A stretch of 64,000 nucleotides of DNA from Styela clava (taxonomy: Eukaryota), in assembly GCF_964204865.1 (NCBI RefSeq), contig NC_135263.1, positions 6,634,001-6,698,000 on the forward strand. Direction: 5' to 3'. Position 1 is the stretch's first letter. Each line of letters begins with the position of its first letter. Positions 59,336 to 64,000 of the stretch are shown in pieces. A program made the translations under genes and the position numbers. The notes beneath the pieces were generated by a model. It was not told the DNA's origin. It ran no database searches and saw only the letters and a list, made by a program, of their open reading frames with translations.

Positions 59336-60274
59336 CACTATTAGGATTCACAGTTAAATGTATATAAATAAGAAATAAAATAAAAAAGATACTCATTGGA
59401 GAGTTGACCAGAACTCTTACAGAATATTTTTGAGATTAGGCTATAAGATGGTTGAAGCAATGGCATTTTCAGCTTTTAGGTCTGGGGTTTGACTCCTAGT
59501 AGGTCCATTTCATAACATTTTTTTTGTTTTGCAAAATTTCTACTGAAAGATAGAAGCCAGAACATACCAGTGGATACGGTAACTGCCTGAGGCTTGAAAT
59601 AAGCGATAATTGGAGTGATATAACAGTTAATACATGTATGATTAGGGGAAGATCGAGGACCTTGAAAATTAATCATGAAGCAAATTCTCCAGTCCAGTCT
59701 TGGATGATTTCATACTTTGCCAAGATACATTAAATTCAATTGGGCTTTAAATGACAACATGTACAAATCACTTTGCTTGAAATATACATACAGAAAAACT
59801 TGGTGCGACAAATGGCAGAAAATTTTCACTATTAAGACATGCAACGGCAAGAAAAATATGATACAAAGATGGAAAACTTGATAATGTGACTATTTGATTA
59901 CAATATTATATTCATAGTGCTTATAATGAAATTGCTTATTATATCATTCTTTATAAATAGTACCTTACAGTTTGCTGAACAAATAATCACTATTAATAAA
60001 TAATAAATAAATAAATGCCCTTTATTTCAATCCAGAGTGTATCTGTTGGCATTTATTCCTAATCTAGTAAGGATGAAGGGTACACAGAGAGAAAGAAATG
60101 AATTAGATTTCGAAGGCATACTAAAAAATGTACCTAATTACATGGAGTTCGTGATGTCCAGCGAACTGAATATTCGAAATCGGATCAAAAACGATTCGAA
60201 TTGTTTTCGGCCAATATTATCTACATAAAGCGGAAATATCCTCACGACCCGATATTTCTCTAGCCTTCATATTG

Positions 60275-61029
60275 GGGTCTTACTACTTACTGAATACAGC
60301 GCGAAACACCGCAAAGAGCGCAAAATAGCGCGAAGCAGCGCAAAACAGAGGAAACCAGCGCGAAACAGAAGGAAACCAGCGCAAAACAGAAGGAAACCAG
60401 CGCAAAACAGAGGGAAACAGCGCAAAAAAGGAGACGCAGTCATTACCACCTCCTGCCACGAAAGAACCACGGCGCCTCTCGCCATGGTTTTATGGCGCTA
60501 TTTCCGGCATATTTACAAGGTTATGTACCGGATTATAGGTCATCATGCGAAATTTTATCTACCTTTTTGGTGCTCCAGAAGTATGTGCAATATGTCGCAC
60601 AACCAGAATCCGCTACACACACACACACACACATACAATTTCAGGTTGTGCGCCATCTTGGTGCACATACTTCTGGAGGTCCCCTTTTACCTAACCCTAA
60701 CCCTAAAGCCAACCATATCCATATGGAAAATGTTCTAAATTATGGTACCCAAAATGTGTCACCAGCAGGGGCAGACCTGCCATTACAGCATTACTGACTA
60801 CATACGTTGGTTTGTGTTTTTAATTTGCTGCCGTGGTACTCCAACTCAAAACAAGGTGCCCCGAACTCATTGCAAAATTTTTTTCTGCTTCACACTGTTT
60901 CCCTCTATTTTGCGCTGTTTTGCGCGGTTTCCACACTGTTTTGCGCTGTTTTCCTTTGTTTTGCGCTGTTTCGCGCTGTTTTGCGCTCTTTGCGGTGTTT
61001 CGCGCTGTATTCAGTAAGTAGTAAGACCG
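60275..61029. mobile_element. Mutator-like / foldback element with modular TIRs
   Basis: Perfect 9-bp TSD TTCATATTG (60266-74, 61030-38). ~150 bp TIRs starting GGGTCTTACTACTTACTGAATACAGCGCGAAAC, built from ~10-bp CAGCGC(A/G)AAA repeats. Confidence 0.88.
60573..60678. repeat. Small nested hairpin element with (CA)n spacer
   Basis: ctccagaagtatgtgca...gcacaacc pairs with ggttgtgcg...tgcacatacttctggag around (CA)n; followed by cctaaccctaaccct. Confidence 0.65.
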
Positions 61030-61526
61030 TTCATATTGCGATGAAAAAGGGTGTCTCTCCTAATGCCGAGGGTATATATCATGCGTGGTCATGACTGACA
61101 AGTTATTATTGGCAGTATATGTTTGGAGAGAGTACATAAGTAAGGGCATTGTTCAGAGCGAAAGGCGCGAGTAAGCGTCGATTAAAAAGTCACAGATGTC
61201 ATTTTTATATGAACCTATGTAAAAGTAGTCAGGAGCATAGAGCGGCGTTTCTTAGTTTTTTTTTATGTACCTATAAAAAGTATACAATAAAATTTAGGAC
61301 ATAATATCATAACATTACCTGACATAAATTATTCCCAAATTCGAAAATTATACAAATATAATTCGATAATATACAAATAATATTCATTTTTCTCAATCTT
61401 CAATTAATATTTGATTTATGAAATACTTTTGATCATCGTTTAATTTATTTCTGTATTTACACATATTCAACTTCAATACGAGGTGCATAAATTATATTAG
61501 GCCGCGAGCCGAGGCCATTTATCTTT

Positions 61527-63945
61527 CAGTTTCGTAGCGCACATCAGGTAACTAACTGAAAATGATTTCAAAATGTTCCTTAGAAATTTAGTAACAAATA
61601 TTGCCTTGTTCCCACTTCCAAAAGTTGCACGTTTTACAGAAAATACGCTTTTACTACAATAAATATGTGTTACCATCTGTCCTATTTTCTCTGCTTTTCC
61701 GGTATCATGGGCCAATGAACGCAGACTTCTGCACGACGTAACAGTCAAGTTAGTCAGCTGTAGGTGGATCCCCAGTGGTCGGATGAATATCAGATGTACT
61801 CAACTGCTCGCTTTTGCGTTGAGTAGCCTTTCCATAGTTTTTTTTCAGTTACCGGTAATATTAGTCCAGTTATTCTAAGGAGGTGTTGAAAAGTATAGGT
61901 AAGATATTAAACACTTGTATATCCTTGCCATATATAGCAATTTTAGTTGAGCACTAGCTCATAAGACGTTGTTAAATAGGTACGGTGCGGTAACTCCAAG
62001 GAAGGCTAGACCTAGAATAATACTGTAATATGTCACAAACAACGATATTTTCTGGCTTGCATGAAATGTTTATGATTAATTTAATGACTCTTCTTGACTA
62101 TTCAGCAGACTTATACTACTATATAGGCCACAGCATATTTGGAAATAGAAATGAATGGCTGTTTCTGTAATGCACGGTTGTGTGAAAGAGAAGAAATTAA
62201 TCAATTTTACTAATGTCGGTTGGTCTAAATCTAAATTCATAGAGTCGACAAGAACCTGGGAAGCAATGATAAGTTATGCCGGAGTGGAAAGAAAGGTAGC
62301 ATTGGAAATGATTGAGAGGTGAGAAATGAAGTTGTAGACAAACAGTTGATGTTTCAAAATATAGTCTATAGTCCATACTCATACTGTCATAGGACATTTC
62401 AGACTGTGATATATCAAAATTTAAAGTAGATATATTCTAGTAATGGTATGCAAACACTGCTGGACTGTAGAACATGCAATGAGCATATATACGCTCATTT
62501 AGTACATCAGATAAAATGCATTATGTATTCAAGGTATTAGTTAGTATTTAGGGGTATTTTTAAAATCATGCTTCTCCAAATATTATTTTATTCCTTATTT
62601 TAGATACTGTACTACAAAAGAAAAAGGCAATGTTCCACCAATCCGACCTAACGCAGGCTCTGATCCCTGCTGCTATCAGTGCTATAAAATGGATTAAACA
62701 AGAAGTCTTGAAGCTTAAAGGTATATGAGGTATACTTTTCTGCAATTGGAACTGCCCATCAAATTCATGTTGGAGACTTCATTGAGATTTTCAATTCATT
62801 TTTTTCCCTCGACTATGAAGATCTTTTGAGGTTAACGAGGTATTAATAAATAAAGCTGAGGAATTTGAAGAGGATATGAAGAATGTAAATGATACCGGTA
62901 CCAGGGCACGTCTATTTAACACTGTCAAACATAAGGATTATACTCTCCACCCAACAATGATTCACTGAAGAAGCATGTGGCCCTCAAATCAGTTCTTGAG
63001 TTGGCAAACTGCAAAGAAAAATAGTCAAAATAATTTATGAAAGTGTGCCAAAATCAACTTAAATTGCACAGATTTTTGTTTTTGTATTGACTGCAGAAAT
63101 CACAGTACACCTATAGAGGAAAAGTCGATTTTTGAGATAGTGGATTTCGAAAACAATTCAGAAGAAAGTGAATTAGATATTACAGTTGATTTAATAAGTA
63201 TCATACATTTGTTGTTTTTTTTCGGACATTTGTTAGTGTCGTAGTCCTGTTTCTAGAAATGTTATTGCCTTTGTTCAAATACATAACCACATAAACTAAA
63301 AAAAGATTAATTGTAAATTGTAATATTTCTGTTCACTATGTTATGTACATATTGTACATTCATTTAATTTTCTTGACTTTTGCAGTAAATTTCTAAGTGA
63401 GAAATAACTGATTTATTTGTGTTTTCGTGCTCACGATGTTAATTTGTGACTTCATTGCTTAAAAATAAATACGTTTGATACTTGATAGCTTCTATAAAAT
63501 GGATGTAGCTTTTTATGCTGTTCTTGTTGTAAACTGCTTGTGGTTATTACATAAAATTTATTCTCAAATGTGAATCAGCGTTGTTGGTGTCGCTGCTTTC
63601 GAGGTCACTCCCGACTCCTGTCACACAATTAAAGTATTTTTTGTTGTTGGTTACATGTATGCCATATTTTTCGTAATCTACCTAATAAATTATGATTGAC
63701 TGAGGAAGTCCGATTTTGGTCAGGCAAAACATTACAGGAATACATTTGTGTTAGTGTGCTGTAGGGCTCTCGAATTGTATAGTTCTTATGTATGCGTTGT
63801 AAACTTATGGTTATTGAATTTCCGGGAACCTCTTATATTCAATTTCGCACCAGGATTGTGGAACAAGCTGTAATGCGTTCATTATGTTCGTTTTCACACA
63901 AAACTGAAGAATTTATTTAGTTACCAGATGTGCGCTACGAAACTC
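61527..63945 (+). mobile_element. Internally deleted DNA transposon, Academ-like
   Basis: 28-bp TIR AGTTTCGTAGCGCACATC(A/T)GGTAACTAA (61528-55 and 63917-44). Internal decayed frames NVND(TG)TRARLF...PPNNDSLKKH...SVLELANC...CAKINLNCTDFCFCIDCRN plus an acidic tail (62870-63190) resemble the LPPT..L..H and Cys-rich C-terminus of Academ transposases. Confidence 0.65.
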
Positions 63946-64000
63946 ATTTTCTGGGCGTTTTCATGGTTTCGTCTCATGGCCCATATCCGTGGTAAGGATC

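Noticed and set aside
60690-60704. Interstitial telomere (CCCTAA)n, also at 22100
   Set aside because: Only about two units, embedded in dispersed repeats.
60267-61094. Repetitive RCFALF / CAVLR ORFs as peptides
   Set aside because: They are translations of the modular foldback TIRs.
1-64000. Prokaryotic systems (CRISPR array, retron, defence island, bacterial operon)
   Set aside because: The DNA is clearly eukaryotic with spliceosomal introns. No regularly spaced repeat-spacer array was seen, and the RT is a LINE RT.

Overview
AT-rich eukaryotic (animal) genomic DNA, not prokaryotic. Vertebrate-like orthologues, short introns and the repeat landscape suggest an invertebrate chordate such as an ascidian; that assignment is inference. 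Five host genes are supported. (1) Minus strand 12544-16224: an intronless type-I membrane protein with about six FN3 repeats fused to an ALK/LTK-type TNF-like/glycine-rich domain, but no kinase. (2) HSF (heat shock factor), 14 coding exons, 19450-26653. (3) VAC14, 17 coding exons, 30032-39307, containing two U12-type minor introns (one AT-AC, one GT-AG). (4) WDR19/IFT144 and (5) CFAP46/TTC40: adjacent ciliary genes whose entire 4.0 kb and 8.5 kb CDSs are intron-free. The rest is rich in mobile DNA: a 5'-truncated CR1-group LINE, several hAT (Charlie/SPIN-type) derivatives with 8-bp TSDs, a pogo-type MITE, a Mutator/foldback element with a 9-bp TSD, an Academ-like deletion derivative, tRNA-derived SINEs and a THAP/P-transposase relic. 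The most unusual signal is a layer of tiny insertions that read as transposon excision footprints: 20-35 bp units in 7-bp direct repeats (one with exactly 17-bp arms, as expected from P-element cleavage), and at least 11 TACCGGTA scars matching the ends of the resident pogo MITE and clustering upstream of genes. Exon coordinates were derived by hand and no database search was run.
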